From a phage, in sequence record NC_135729.1: a DNA stretch of 64,000 nt, one strand, 5' to 3'. The translations under genes and the position numbers were made by a program. Of the stretch, positions 17,463 to 27,262 are shown piece by piece (position 1 is the stretch's first letter; each line of letters begins with the position of its first letter). A model generated the notes under the pieces. That model did no database searches. It was not told where the DNA came from and worked only from the letters and a program-made list of their open reading frames with translations.

Positions 17463-18745
17463 TGCATCAAATCAAAACAACACTGTACGCACTGAACAAA
17501 GATGGCAGCTACCAACAGTGGAAAGTATTCACTGATGGCGAAAAGGTTATCGTAGAGTTTGGCAAGCTTGACGGTAAATTGCAGTACAAAGAGACGGTAT
17601 GCACACCTAAGAACGTAGGTCGTGCCAATGAGACTACAGCTGAGCAACAGGCCGAGCTTGAGGCTATCAGCAAGTGGGAAAAACAAGTCCGTCTGGGGTA
17701 TGTTGAAAACATGGAAGATTGCGAGCAGGGTGTTGATCTTTTACCCATGCTGGTGCATGACTACCTGAAGCGTGGCAAGGCACTTAAACTACCTTGCTGG
17801 ATCTTGCGTAAGTTAGATGGCCTTCGTCTGCTTGTTGTTTTCCAAAATGGTGAGCCTAAATTTATTTCCCGTGGTAATAAGTCCTACCCTATTCAAGGAA
17901 AGCTTTTAGAGCAACTTCGTTCTTTCCATTCTACCACTGGGATTAAACAACTTGATGGGGAACTATACATTCATGGTCTTCCTTTGCAGAAAATAGTGTC
18001 TCTTGCTAAACGGTGGCGCACACAGGAAGAGATTCAGGCCGAGATCGATAAAGACTATGAGGCAGATAAAAAACGCCGTCATGCCGCAATTAAGTCCGGC
18101 TTATCAACATATAAAAACTTCAACAAGGTAGATATTCCTGTCGATGTTGAGCCTGTTCGTGATGATTTGCGTTACGGTGGGTACTGTAGCTACGATCTGG
18201 AGTATCACATTTTTGATATTCCTAGCGACAAGGTGTGGTGGGATCCCGAAACAGAGTCTGGACGCTGCAAGGATCTTATGGATGCAGAGGATACCGTTAC
18301 CACTCTGATGCTTGACCATATCAAGGTTGTTGACGCAGAGCTTGCGTACACAGTTGATCATTGCGAAGAATCTGTTGGTATATTCATGTCCGAAGGATAT
18401 GAAGGTACCATTATGCGTAACTTCTGTGGTAAATATGAGTACGGTCAGAGAACATCTGAAGCATTGAAATGGAAAAAGTTCAACGACGCAGAGGTGAAAG
18501 TTATTGACGTTGAGAAAGATAAGAATGATGAAGGTGTTCTTATCTGTGTTGACAAGGAAGGTATTGTTGTTAAAATGAAGATGAAAGGTACGCACGAGGA
18601 GCGTAGCTATGACAGAATGCAGGAAATGATCGGCAAGTTTGTCACCTTCAAATATCAAGCAAGGACAGAAGACAACAACTACCAATTCCCTGTCGGTATC
18701 TGCGTCCGAAATGTTAACCCAGACACTTGGGAGGTGCTGGAATAA
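17462..18745 (+). CDS. ATP-dependent DNA ligase
   Basis: Motif I KLDGLR, motif IV EGTIMR, motif V KWKK; 427 aa. Confidence 0.7.
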   Translation: MHQIKTTLYALNKDGSYQQWKVFTDGEKVIVEFGKLDGKLQYKETVCTPKNVGRANETTAEQQAELEAISKWEKQVRLGYVENMEDCEQGVDLLPMLVHDYLKRGKALKLPCWILRKLDGLRLLVVFQNGEPKFISRGNKSYPIQGKLLEQLRSFHSTTGIKQLDGELYIHGLPLQKIVSLAKRWRTQEEIQAEIDKDYEADKKRRHAAIKSGLSTYKNFNKVDIPVDVEPVRDDLRYGGYCSYDLEYHIFDIPSDKVWWDPETESGRCKDLMDAEDTVTTLMLDHIKVVDAELAYTVDHCEESVGIFMSEGYEGTIMRNFCGKYEYGQRTSEALKWKKFNDAEVKVIDVEKDKNDEGVLICVDKEGIVVKMKMKGTHEERSYDRMQEMIGKFVTFKYQARTEDNNYQFPVGICVRNVNPDTWEVLE

Positions 18746-18887
18746 TTTAGGTATGTTTAGTAGCCAATTGAATAAGTGTTTTCAATTTGCACCTACATAT
18801 GCCCTGATGTATGAACTGTGCAACCTAGCCACACCACACAGTGGTGCTGATCGGGGCTCGTTATGAGTGAACTGGAGAGTATGAAAA

Positions 18888-19358
18888 ATGAAACTTGATA
18901 AAAATGTTCAACGAAAGGCTTTCTTGGATATGATCGCATATTCGGAAGGCACAGATAATGGTAGACAACCTACCAAGGATCGGGGATACGATGTCATAGT
19001 CGGAGGCAAGCTGTTCAGCGATTACAGCAAGCATCCCGGTGTTTACGTTAAGCTAAATGCTAAACTTACCTCCTCCGCTGCTGGGCGTTACCAGGTTTTG
19101 GAGAAGTTTGCTAAACACTACATGGAACAGTTAGGATTGCCAGATTTTGGCCCTGCCAGTCAGGACAAGATTGCGTTGCAACTGATCCGTGAGTGCAAGG
19201 CTCTCGCCGACATTGACGAAGGGCGTATCCACGAGGCTATCCATAAATGCCGTTCCCGCTGGGCTTCGTTGCCTGGTGCTGGATATGGTCAGCATGAACA
19301 GAAGATTGAGAAGTTGATCGAGGTGTTTAAAAAGGCAGGCGGTGTTGTCCTTGATTGA
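18888..19358 (+). CDS. endolysin, lambda R-like lytic transglycosylase
   Basis: Near-colinear recalled match to lambda R: QRKAFLDM..SEGTDNGRQ..GYDVIVGG..AGRYQ..WASLPGAGYGQ. Confidence 0.8.
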   Translation: MKLDKNVQRKAFLDMIAYSEGTDNGRQPTKDRGYDVIVGGKLFSDYSKHPGVYVKLNAKLTSSAAGRYQVLEKFAKHYMEQLGLPDFGPASQDKIALQLIRECKALADIDEGRIHEAIHKCRSRWASLPGAGYGQHEQKIEKLIEVFKKAGGVVLD

Positions 19359-19362
19359 TCAT

Positions 19363-19390
19363 TGACATAACCACACGGACGTGGTATTGT
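19363..19390 (+). promoter_or_regulatory. sigma70-like promoter
   Basis: TTGACA - 16 nt - TATTGT. Confidence 0.45.
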
Positions 19391-19421
19391 TACCTCATAA
19401 AATGTTTAGGAGGGTTTAACC

Positions 19422-19628
19422 ATGAAAGACTTTCTGTTGGCAATTTTGTTCATGGCAGCATGTCTGGCCTGTGGTGTCGTGTTTGCAGGTGAAACAGCGT
19501 ATCTTGTCGATGTATATCGGGACAATGGTAAACGTATTTGCCTTTATGAGACAAGTCAAGGTGAGCTCTACGAGCTTGTGAAACAAGGCGAGGCTGGATC
19601 TTGTCCTCGCACCCATTTCTTTGAGTGA
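19422..19628 (+). CDS. small secreted protein
   Basis: Signal peptide with VFA-G cleavage-like site; 68 aa; directly downstream of endolysin. Confidence 0.4.
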   Translation: MKDFLLAILFMAACLACGVVFAGETAYLVDVYRDNGKRICLYETSQGELYELVKQGEAGSCPRTHFFE

Positions 19629-19637
19629 GGAGAATAC

Positions 19638-20102
19638 GTGGAAGACGGACGTTTAATGAAGTCTGAACGCAGGCTTATTGTGCAACTGATCCCAGAAACA
19701 GCTTGGTATAATAACCTCCGAAACGCTGTGAAGAAGAGTGAGTGGGATAAGATCCGCAAGAAGTGCTATAGAGAAGCCAACTACACCTGTGAGGTGTGCG
19801 GCGGTAAAGGCAGCAAACACCCAGTGGAGTGTCATGAACTTTACACTTTCGAAGAGGGAGTGATCCGGCTTGTCGGACTGATAGCGTTGTGCCCAGATTG
19901 TCACACATCAGTGCACCCTGGGTTAGCAAATATCCGTGGAAAGTATGCTCAGGCAGTTAGTCAGTTAGCTAAGGTGAATAAGATCACCAAGGGTATGGCA
20001 GAGGCCTATTACCGAGACTGCTTTGCAGAGTGGCGTGAGCTTAGTAAAGTTCCAGAATGGAAGACTGACTTTTCGTGGATAGAGGGTTACCTTGATGGCT
20101 AA
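19638..20102 (+). CDS. HNH endonuclease
   Basis: CEVCGG...ECHELY...CPDCH arrangement (CxxC...H...CxxCH). Confidence 0.5.
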   Translation: MEDGRLMKSERRLIVQLIPETAWYNNLRNAVKKSEWDKIRKKCYREANYTCEVCGGKGSKHPVECHELYTFEEGVIRLVGLIALCPDCHTSVHPGLANIRGKYAQAVSQLAKVNKITKGMAEAYYRDCFAEWRELSKVPEWKTDFSWIEGYLDG

Positions 20103-20385
20103 GAAACCTGTAAAAGAGAAATTCGATAAGACAGCTTTTGTATTCGATACACCTCTGGACGATATCATCAGAGGTATGCAAGCCTTGTATCGGAAGGCTG
20201 AATCTGAGCAGTTGTCTGAATCAGAACTTTACTGGCTTGGTTGGTGGGAGTTAAACCTGCCTAAAGCTGAAAGTTCTTGTCTGAGAACTGTTAAAACGTG
20301 CGCCCAAGAAAACGCTGCACTTGGAATCTACCACAAAAGGAAAAGATCAACAAAAAGCTCTCCAAGAAAGACTAAAAAGTCTTGA
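20092..20385 (+). CDS. hypothetical protein with basic C-terminus
   Basis: 97-aa ORF; C-terminal HKRKRSTKSSPRKTKKS. Confidence 0.35.
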   Translation: MMAKKPVKEKFDKTAFVFDTPLDDIIRGMQALYRKAESEQLSESELYWLGWWELNLPKAESSCLRTVKTCAQENAALGIYHKRKRSTKSSPRKTKKS

Positions 20386-20411
20386 CAAAAGTGTTATTAA
20401 TCTGATATTAT
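20383..20411 (+). promoter_or_regulatory. sigma70-like promoter
   Basis: TTGACA - 17 nt - TATTAT. Confidence 0.5.
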
Positions 20412-20444
20412 CGGTCAGATATCTATAAACTAGGAGAACTAGAT

Positions 20445-20753
20445 ATGCTTAAAATTTTTATTATTGAAGATAAAGATATTGTCCAGTTGTATGCAAACGA
20501 GAATCATAAAGGTATGATTCTGAAGAAGGCAAGCAACCTTCATGAAAACACAATTCAACCTGGCGATGTAATTAAGATCTGTGGTTATATGATACCAGAC
20601 TCCTTGATGAAAATAACCCACCACTGGGGGTCTAATCCGTTCCTTTTTGAAAAGTATTGGGATGTTGAGTCACTTATTGCAGAGAGTGATGATGCATTCC
20701 ATTACAGCATCCAACCATCTTGCAGAATAACTAACAGGAGGGTCTTTGAGTAG
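20445..20753 (+). CDS. hypothetical protein
   Basis: 102-aa ORF with AGGAGA Shine-Dalgarno. Confidence 0.4.
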   Translation: MLKIFIIEDKDIVQLYANENHKGMILKKASNLHENTIQPGDVIKICGYMIPDSLMKITHHWGSNPFLFEKYWDVESLIAESDDAFHYSIQPSCRITNRRVFE

Positions 20754-21885
20754 AGAATATCCACTTATTGAGTCCATAGATTGTCTGGCTGATCTTCTTG
20801 AACCTGACGCTATAGTTTATTATGACTTCGATCAGGTTGCATATCAAGCTGCAGCAAGTTGTGAAAAAAGGACAATTGAGGTAACACACAAAGCCTCCGG
20901 ACGTAAGAAGATGTTTAAAACACGAACAGAGTTCTGGGGGCGGCAGAAGAACACCGTTGGTGGTTGGTTAAAAGCTGAGAATACCAACCGTGAAGCTGCA
21001 TGTAAAAAGGCTGGCAAGGAGTTTATTCCGTGGACACGAGAAGATTTCGATGTCTTGGATATCCAAACCCCAGATCCTGTAGAGAACTGCTTGCACACAA
21101 TTAAGTGTAAAGCTAATGCAGTCCTTAATTATCTCGGTATTCCGGAAGATCGGTGCGTTGGGGTGCTGGGAGGCACAGGTAACTTCAGACTAGATCTCCC
21201 AATGCCGGAAAGATATAAAGCCAACCGTAACAATACTCTTCGACCACTGCTGCTTGGAGATGCAAGACAGTATCTCCAAAAGCAGTATAATGCTCAAGTG
21301 ATCAACGGTATCGAGGCTGACGACTGGTTAGCTATCCAGCAATTTGAAGGTTGGAACCACTACCAAAAAACAGGTAAGTTCAACAAGTTTATTATCTCTA
21401 TTGATAAGGACCAAAGAACACTACCGGGGCTTGTGTTCGATCCCATGCGAAACGATAAGGGAGATTTTGTAAGGGAAACCCCTATGCTGATCGATAACGG
21501 TATGGGGAACATCTTCATGAAGCCTAATGGAGAGGTTGGTGGTTACGGAATGCTGTTCTTCGGATACCAAATGCTGTGTGGTGACTCTGCCGACAATATT
21601 AAGCCGTATCAAGGACTTATCGGTAAGGGTAAGTTCGGGGATGCCTCAGCATTCTACCTACTGTCTCAGTGCAGCACTCCAAAGGAGATGTGGGTGGCTA
21701 TTATTGATCAGTACAAGAAGTGGTTCCCGAAAGGTGTTGTTAAGTATACTGACTTCAACGGTATTGATCGTAGAATTTCCGTAGGTCAGTGGATGAGTAT
21801 AATTTTTGACTGTTTGTATATGAAGCGAACATTCAATGATCAAACAAAACTTGTTAACGTTCTTAGAAATGTTGGAGCAATTTGA
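20746..21885 (+). CDS. 5'-3' exonuclease / flap endonuclease (T4 RNase H-like)
   Basis: N-terminal YYDFDQVAY, GIEADDWLAI and GDSADNIKPYQGLIGKGKFG resembling the helix-3-turn-helix region of FEN nucleases. Confidence 0.55.
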   Translation: MSREYPLIESIDCLADLLEPDAIVYYDFDQVAYQAAASCEKRTIEVTHKASGRKKMFKTRTEFWGRQKNTVGGWLKAENTNREAACKKAGKEFIPWTREDFDVLDIQTPDPVENCLHTIKCKANAVLNYLGIPEDRCVGVLGGTGNFRLDLPMPERYKANRNNTLRPLLLGDARQYLQKQYNAQVINGIEADDWLAIQQFEGWNHYQKTGKFNKFIISIDKDQRTLPGLVFDPMRNDKGDFVRETPMLIDNGMGNIFMKPNGEVGGYGMLFFGYQMLCGDSADNIKPYQGLIGKGKFGDASAFYLLSQCSTPKEMWVAIIDQYKKWFPKGVVKYTDFNGIDRRISVGQWMSIIFDCLYMKRTFNDQTKLVNVLRNVGAI

Positions 21886-22217
21886 TGACTAAAAATTCTG
21901 TAGATAATGCAATTATGGAAGCTGTTTTTGAGGATGATCATACAACAGGGACCATTAAAACAAAAAATACATTTATTGTTGCCACAGGTATGTGGCGGTT
22001 GTATGAAGATGACACTATTTCATACATCCTGTACACAGATGATTACGCAGATGACCGTGTATGGTCTGCTGTTTTAAAAGAGGATTGTGAGTTGATTGAG
22101 GGCGAGCGGTTATGCATGTTCACCAGTGTGGAAACAGATGTTAAGCTTTGCTCTCTCGTCTTGTTCAAAGATAAGGCTTATGCTCCTGATGAAGGAGAGG
22201 AGGATGAGGAAGCATGA
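21882..22217 (+). CDS. hypothetical acidic protein
   Basis: 111-aa ORF; acidic C-terminus. Confidence 0.4.
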   Translation: MMTKNSVDNAIMEAVFEDDHTTGTIKTKNTFIVATGMWRLYEDDTISYILYTDDYADDRVWSAVLKEDCELIEGERLCMFTSVETDVKLCSLVLFKDKAYAPDEGEEDEEA

Positions 22218-22843
22218 GAGAGCGTCTATTATCCATAGACCAGTCGTTGACACACACAGCTTGCGTTGTATGGGACGATGGAAAGCCTGTTCATAAGGTT
22301 GTGTTACGAACTCAAAGCTCATCTGCAAAAGAGAAGAAACCAGGGACGGTTTCTTTTGCAACAGCTGCTGAGCGTATTGACTGGATCTGCAAACAGGTCA
22401 GATATTATATCCACACGCATCACGTTGACACCGTGGTTATGGAAGGGCTTTCCTTTGGATCACGCGGGGATGCCACACGTGAACTGGCTGGGTTGTTTTA
22501 CGGTCTTGAAATTATGCTTTGGGATGCCTTAGCTGATTGTGAAAATGACGGCCTGTTTAAGGTCCACACAGTGACACCAACAACTGCCAAAAAGTTTGCT
22601 CGTAGTCATCTTCCTGAAGAACTTGCTTTTGAGGAGAAGAAAAAGCTTGACAAAAAGACAGGTAAAGAGCATACTGTGAAGAAACCTGTTACAATGGATA
22701 AAAAGTTGATGGTTAAGGCCTGCGAAGTATCTGAACCTGGGTTCCTAGACGGGATCAATTTGGTACAAGGTAAGGCCGATCTCGCAGATGCTTATTGGAT
22801 AGGCAGGGCTCATCTGGAGGGATTATCGCAAAGCGTAAAATAA
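22214..22843 (+). CDS. RuvC-like Holliday junction resolvase
   Basis: LSIDQS N-terminal Asp, VVMEGL Glu, DLADAYWIG acidic motif in RuvC order. Confidence 0.5.
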   Translation: MRERLLSIDQSLTHTACVVWDDGKPVHKVVLRTQSSSAKEKKPGTVSFATAAERIDWICKQVRYYIHTHHVDTVVMEGLSFGSRGDATRELAGLFYGLEIMLWDALADCENDGLFKVHTVTPTTAKKFARSHLPEELAFEEKKKLDKKTGKEHTVKKPVTMDKKLMVKACEVSEPGFLDGINLVQGKADLADAYWIGRAHLEGLSQSVK

Positions 22844-23400
22844 GAAAGAAAGCTGTCAAAGCCCCAGTTCATAACGGGTGGTTAAAAGATTCTAAGGACA
22901 TAGCCAACTTTCGAAAAGAATTGTCAGAGGAGCAGGATGGTCTTGATCCGATCTTGTGCGAGCCACTTCGTAAGCCTTGTTTAGATCATGATCATCTGAC
23001 TGGTCGTTGCAGGGGTGTTTTGTCTCAATGCACTAATACCTTTGAGGGGTATGTGCTTAAATACTGGATGAAATACTGTAACGAGTATACAGATTGCAGT
23101 TTATCAGAGGCGTTGCGCCGGATGGCTGACTATTTGGAGAAAGACTACAGCGACTTCCCGCTCCACAAAAACTACAGAGATGATATGACAAAGTTCTTGA
23201 GGAGATGCTCTAAAGCTACGATTATTGCACGAGCAGAATCAGATCTCAATCTTGTCATTGATCCGGAGTGCACCAAGCATGAGGCTATTGAGTTCTACAT
23301 GCAAGAGTTTATAAAGAAAACTGAGGAGAGAGATTTCTATGGGGATGAAAAAGGTATTCAATCCTTGCGACTCAGTCCTGATCAGGATGAAATACCGTAA
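22795..23400 (+). CDS. endonuclease VII-like (His-Me finger) resolvase
   Basis: CLDHDHLTGRCRGVLSQCTN matches the T4 endo VII HLDHDH..RGLLC..CN core. Confidence 0.6.
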   Translation: MDRQGSSGGIIAKRKIRKKAVKAPVHNGWLKDSKDIANFRKELSEEQDGLDPILCEPLRKPCLDHDHLTGRCRGVLSQCTNTFEGYVLKYWMKYCNEYTDCSLSEALRRMADYLEKDYSDFPLHKNYRDDMTKFLRRCSKATIIARAESDLNLVIDPECTKHEAIEFYMQEFIKKTEERDFYGDEKGIQSLRLSPDQDEIP

Positions 23401-23560
23401 CTGGAAAGGTGTTGTTGCAGATCGCTGCGTTACTGAGCCTAATTTATGGTTTGGCTCTACAGAGTATCATAAAGAAGAGCAGTGGTTGATGCGTGCCTTC
23501 GATGTAGACAAGGGCGAATATCGTGACTTCGCTTTAAAAGACATTCTTCAGTTTTACTAA
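23339..23560 (+). CDS. hypothetical protein
   Basis: 73-aa ORF; GAGGAGAGAGA precedes ATG; overlaps upstream gene. Confidence 0.35.
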   Translation: MGMKKVFNPCDSVLIRMKYRNWKGVVADRCVTEPNLWFGSTEYHKEEQWLMRAFDVDKGEYRDFALKDILQFY

Positions 23561-23572
23561 GGAATCTTAACG

Positions 23573-24556
23573 ATGATGACAAAGTTAACTCTTGAGCAAA
23601 TTTTAACACTAAAGCAACAAGGATACACTAATAGACAAATTGCTCGTGAATTTTTAGGCCGTGAGTCACGTGAGAGCTGGATCCGACTACAGCTTAAACG
23701 TGCACAAGAGAATATGTCAGAGATTGTAGGAGAAGCAACGGAGCGCTTCCTTGAAGAGCACAAAGGTGCTAAAGTTTGGGTGTATGATACAGAGACATCC
23801 CCAACAAACGGCTGGTTCTTTGGGCACTATAAGACCAACATTCAAACCTGCGGTATTGAAATTATGCCCTACATGCTAACTTTCGCAGGTAAGTGGTTAG
23901 ACAGTCCTAGTGTGGTTGACTGCGCTCTTCCTGATTACAAAATGTGGGATGAGGATATTCACAATGATCTCGAATTGATTCAGGATTTGTGGTATTATCT
24001 GGATAAATGTGATGTCGCAGTAGCCCACAATTCAGGTTTTGACTGTGGGTGGGCCAACCAACGATTTGCATTTCACGGATTGCCTCCAACAAGCCCCTAC
24101 AAAGAGGTTGACACCCTTAAAATGATCAAGAAGGCATTCCGTTTGAATGCAAACACTTTGGAGTATGCATGCAAATACTTCCAACTTGCCCGACAGAAAC
24201 TGATTGACCACACATTTGAAATGTGGATCAAGTGTGTTCACGGTGATCTTGAGGCGTTTAAACAGATGCGGGAGTACAATGTTGGCGATATCCTATCTCT
24301 GGAAGGCCTGTATTTGCTGGCTCGCCCGTTTGCTAAGCAGCACCCCAACATGTCATTGTACTACCAGGATGAGGAGCCAAAAGTTCGTTGCCCACGCTGT
24401 GGTGGAGAACACCTTCACGAGGAAGAAGCTTTGGCGTATACTCAACTGAGTGCATTTAAAACATACCGCTGCGAAGGTTGTGGATCTGTTGTTCGTGACC
24501 GTAACAACATCCGCACCAGAGAAGAAATGAAAAATACCCTGATTCAGATAATCTAA
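23573..24556 (+). CDS. DnaQ-like 3'-5' exonuclease with N-terminal HTH
   Basis: Exo I VYDTETS, Exo II HNSGFD, Exo III YNVGD; C-terminal CPRCGG...CEGCG zinc ribbon. Confidence 0.55.
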   Translation: MMTKLTLEQILTLKQQGYTNRQIAREFLGRESRESWIRLQLKRAQENMSEIVGEATERFLEEHKGAKVWVYDTETSPTNGWFFGHYKTNIQTCGIEIMPYMLTFAGKWLDSPSVVDCALPDYKMWDEDIHNDLELIQDLWYYLDKCDVAVAHNSGFDCGWANQRFAFHGLPPTSPYKEVDTLKMIKKAFRLNANTLEYACKYFQLARQKLIDHTFEMWIKCVHGDLEAFKQMREYNVGDILSLEGLYLLARPFAKQHPNMSLYYQDEEPKVRCPRCGGEHLHEEEALAYTQLSAFKTYRCEGCGSVVRDRNNIRTREEMKNTLIQII

Positions 24557-24564
24557 CAATTATA

Positions 24565-24590
24565 GGGAGGCTTGCGCCTCCCTTTTCCTT
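24565..24590 (+). terminator. rho-independent terminator
   Basis: GGGAGGC-ttgc-GCCTCCC stem followed by TTTTCCTTTT. Confidence 0.6.
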
Positions 24591-25420
24591 TTGGAGGCAC
24601 TTTGAGCAAGAAAGAGTCCAACGACAAATACTACACAAACCCTGAGTATGCAGAATATCTTGTTGGTAAAGTAAAAGATAAGTATGGGAATTGTGCATAC
24701 GTTGAGCCTTCTGCTGGAAGGGGTTCTTTTTCAAAACTATTTTCAGAGATACTGTCGTACGATTTAGTACCAGATCCTGAATTTGAAGGACCAACACCGT
24801 GCATTCAGGCAAACTTCTTGGAGGTGCATCCCAAGGCAGATGTCTTCATAGGTAACCCACCATTTGGCAAGAATTCATCCTTAGCTTGCAAATTCTTTAA
24901 CCATTGTGCATCATTGCTAGAGCTTGGAGGGGCTATAGCCTTCATCTTGCCACGGACATTTGAAAAAATATTTTTTGCAAACAAACTGGACATGTCGATG
25001 CACCTTGTCTACAGCGAAAGGTGCCCTAAGAATTCGTTTTTACTTAATGGCAAACCTTATGACGTGCCATGTGTTTTCCAAATTTGGGAGAAAAAGGCGT
25101 GCAATAGGGATCCTGTAGAGATTGGAGAGAATAAGTTATTTTCTTTTAGCACACCAGATGACTACGACTTCTGTGTAAGACGTGTTGGGTATAATGCTGG
25201 AAAAGTATTGGGGGATGATGACCCAAAATCTGAAGAATCAACATATTTCATAAAATCTTTAGTTAACGGTGTTGACAGAGTGTTTGCTGAATGCTATTCT
25301 TCTTTTCAAGAAGAAGCAGGTAAGACTGCTGGAATGAAGAGTATAGGTAAGAAAGAACTACAATACATTTTGGAGACCAGGTATGATCAAAAGCATAGAC
25401 TTGACCAAAGAACTTACTGA
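24572..25420 (+). CDS. orphan N6-adenine DNA methyltransferase
   Basis: Motif I VEPSAGRGSF then motif IV GNPPFG; true start probably TTG at 24602 after GGAGG, since the track start lies inside the terminator hairpin. Confidence 0.6.
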   Translation: MRLPFPFGGTLSKKESNDKYYTNPEYAEYLVGKVKDKYGNCAYVEPSAGRGSFSKLFSEILSYDLVPDPEFEGPTPCIQANFLEVHPKADVFIGNPPFGKNSSLACKFFNHCASLLELGGAIAFILPRTFEKIFFANKLDMSMHLVYSERCPKNSFLLNGKPYDVPCVFQIWEKKACNRDPVEIGENKLFSFSTPDDYDFCVRRVGYNAGKVLGDDDPKSEESTYFIKSLVNGVDRVFAECYSSFQEEAGKTAGMKSIGKKELQYILETRYDQKHRLDQRTY

Positions 25421-25841
25421 TGCAAAAGCTTTTGGTGAGACAGCGGTACAAAGAGGACAGGCGATGGGACTGGCACTACCTTTCGTCTTAAAAGAGCACT
25501 TTACAGATTTTCAACTTATCAAAGGTGATAAGGGAATGCTTATCCTGGAGCATAAGTTGAGTAAGAAACGCTATAAAGTCGTTTTTAATTCTAAAGCTCC
25601 AACAAAACTGGGATTCAGAACTTACAATCTTAACCCATCCTACACTAAGGGTGTTGGAAGGGTAGAACAACAGCATTTCAGTGCCAGAGCTTCTTTAGCC
25701 CCTTTGATGCTAAATTTCTCAGGGGTGGCTTTAGGATACCTTGATAAGAAAAGGGTTCTTCATGTTCGTTTCACAGACTTTGTAACGCTTTTAGCTAACA
25801 ACGAGGTTGATGAGAAGGGACGTGTAAAAACAAACTTCTAA
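25383..25841 (+). CDS. hypothetical protein
   Basis: 152-aa ORF. Confidence 0.4.
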   Translation: MIKSIDLTKELTDAKAFGETAVQRGQAMGLALPFVLKEHFTDFQLIKGDKGMLILEHKLSKKRYKVVFNSKAPTKLGFRTYNLNPSYTKGVGRVEQQHFSARASLAPLMLNFSGVALGYLDKKRVLHVRFTDFVTLLANNEVDEKGRVKTNF

Positions 25842-25856
25842 TAACGCATAGTATGA

Positions 25857-26060
25857 TTGGAGACCGAAATGACACTAGAGTTAACAATTCCAGACAGCTT
25901 TTCAGAAAACTTTATCCCAGAAATGATGAGTAAGATGCGATCATTGCTTGATCAGATTGAGGAGGCTGTTTGGGAAGACGATGCTGTAGTGGCTAACGAG
26001 CTGGTAGATAAGTGTAAAAGTATTATTGATGCAGTTGAAGAATACCACGGAGGTTTTTAA
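25857..26060 (+). CDS. hypothetical acidic protein
   Basis: 67-aa ORF with GGAGA Shine-Dalgarno. Confidence 0.4.
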   Translation: METEMTLELTIPDSFSENFIPEMMSKMRSLLDQIEEAVWEDDAVVANELVDKCKSIIDAVEEYHGGF

Positions 26061-26674
26061 TGGATATTATTGTTCTTAACGCCCCACCCAGCAGTGGTAA
26101 GGATCACATTGCAGATCTCTTGTTGGAAGCTATTCCTAACTCACACCACCGTGAGGTTAAGGAAATGCTCTTCAGTGTGGCAATTAAGGCAGCTGGTGTA
26201 ACTCCTCAACTCTGGAATGCACTTTATGACCGCCACTACAAAGAAGAGCCTTGCCCTTTCTTAATGATAGACGGCAAGCATGTTTCTCCGCGAGAATGGA
26301 TGATCCATTGTAGTGAAAATCTGATTAAACCTATCTTTGGTGAAGATGCTTTCGGTAAAGCCGCAGTCGCATCTTTGAAGAAAGATTTCCCTGAAGGTAA
26401 AGGGGTTATTGTTTACTCCGATGGGGGATTCAAAGAGGAGCTGGCATGCCTTAGCGAGTACGCATACAGCACAGGTGGAGATCTGTTGTTGTTCCGTATT
26501 CACCGTGTAGGATATGACTGGGGAAATGATTCCAGAACCTATCTAAGTCTGGAAAAGAACGGAATAAAAGGGGTTGAGTTTGATGTTGTAAACCCTGAAG
26601 GTGCACCTTGGGAGTGTGCATCGGAGATTGTGTGCAAGTATATTGATGCTAAAGAGGCCCAAGAAGAATGTTAA
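26060..26674 (+). CDS. putative deoxynucleoside monophosphate kinase
   Basis: N-terminal LNAPPSSGKDHIADLL P-loop-like motif resembling T4 gp1. Confidence 0.4.
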   Translation: MDIIVLNAPPSSGKDHIADLLLEAIPNSHHREVKEMLFSVAIKAAGVTPQLWNALYDRHYKEEPCPFLMIDGKHVSPREWMIHCSENLIKPIFGEDAFGKAAVASLKKDFPEGKGVIVYSDGGFKEELACLSEYAYSTGGDLLLFRIHRVGYDWGNDSRTYLSLEKNGIKGVEFDVVNPEGAPWECASEIVCKYIDAKEAQEEC

Positions 26675-27261
26675 TCGGAATTGATGTAGATCTGACACTG
26701 GTAGATTCAGGAACAGCATGGTGGGAGTGGTTGGAGCGTTTGTATGGTCCAGCCAGTAAGACAGTAGCTAAACCTTCTAATGGGCTAATGTATTACGATC
26801 TGTCAAAGTATTGGCCTGATCGTCCCAAAGAAAACATCATAGGACCTTTTGATTTCTGGAGTGATCCGTTCCTCTACGACTTCCTTAAGCCTGAAGAGGG
26901 GGCTATTGAGGTTATGAAAGATTTGGTGGCTCGTGGTCACAAGCTTGCATTTATCTCGGTATGCAAGAAAGGTCACCTTGCATCTAAATCAAGGTTCTTA
27001 AAGCGTTGGACCAGTGATTTTATGGATCTGGACGATCACACCCAGGGCCACGGCTTCTACGCCACACATTTCAAAGGTAATGTGGCTGTAGATGTTATAA
27101 TTGACGACAGGCATGAATACCTGAACCAATTCGCTTCACGACCTGAAGTTATTAAAATCCTAAAAGACACACCTTATGAGCAATTCGAGGAGTTAAAGGT
27201 CAGTGTTGACTATACCACTAATAGCTGGTATAAAATAGGAAAGTTTTTAGAAGGTATTTGA
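26668..27261 (+). CDS. HAD-superfamily 5'(3')-deoxyribonucleotidase-like phosphatase
   Basis: GIDVDLTLVDS (DxDxT motif I) and IIDDR motif. Confidence 0.5.
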   Translation: MLIGIDVDLTLVDSGTAWWEWLERLYGPASKTVAKPSNGLMYYDLSKYWPDRPKENIIGPFDFWSDPFLYDFLKPEEGAIEVMKDLVARGHKLAFISVCKKGHLASKSRFLKRWTSDFMDLDDHTQGHGFYATHFKGNVAVDVIIDDRHEYLNQFASRPEVIKILKDTPYEQFEELKVSVDYTTNSWYKIGKFLEGI

Positions 27262-27262
27262 A

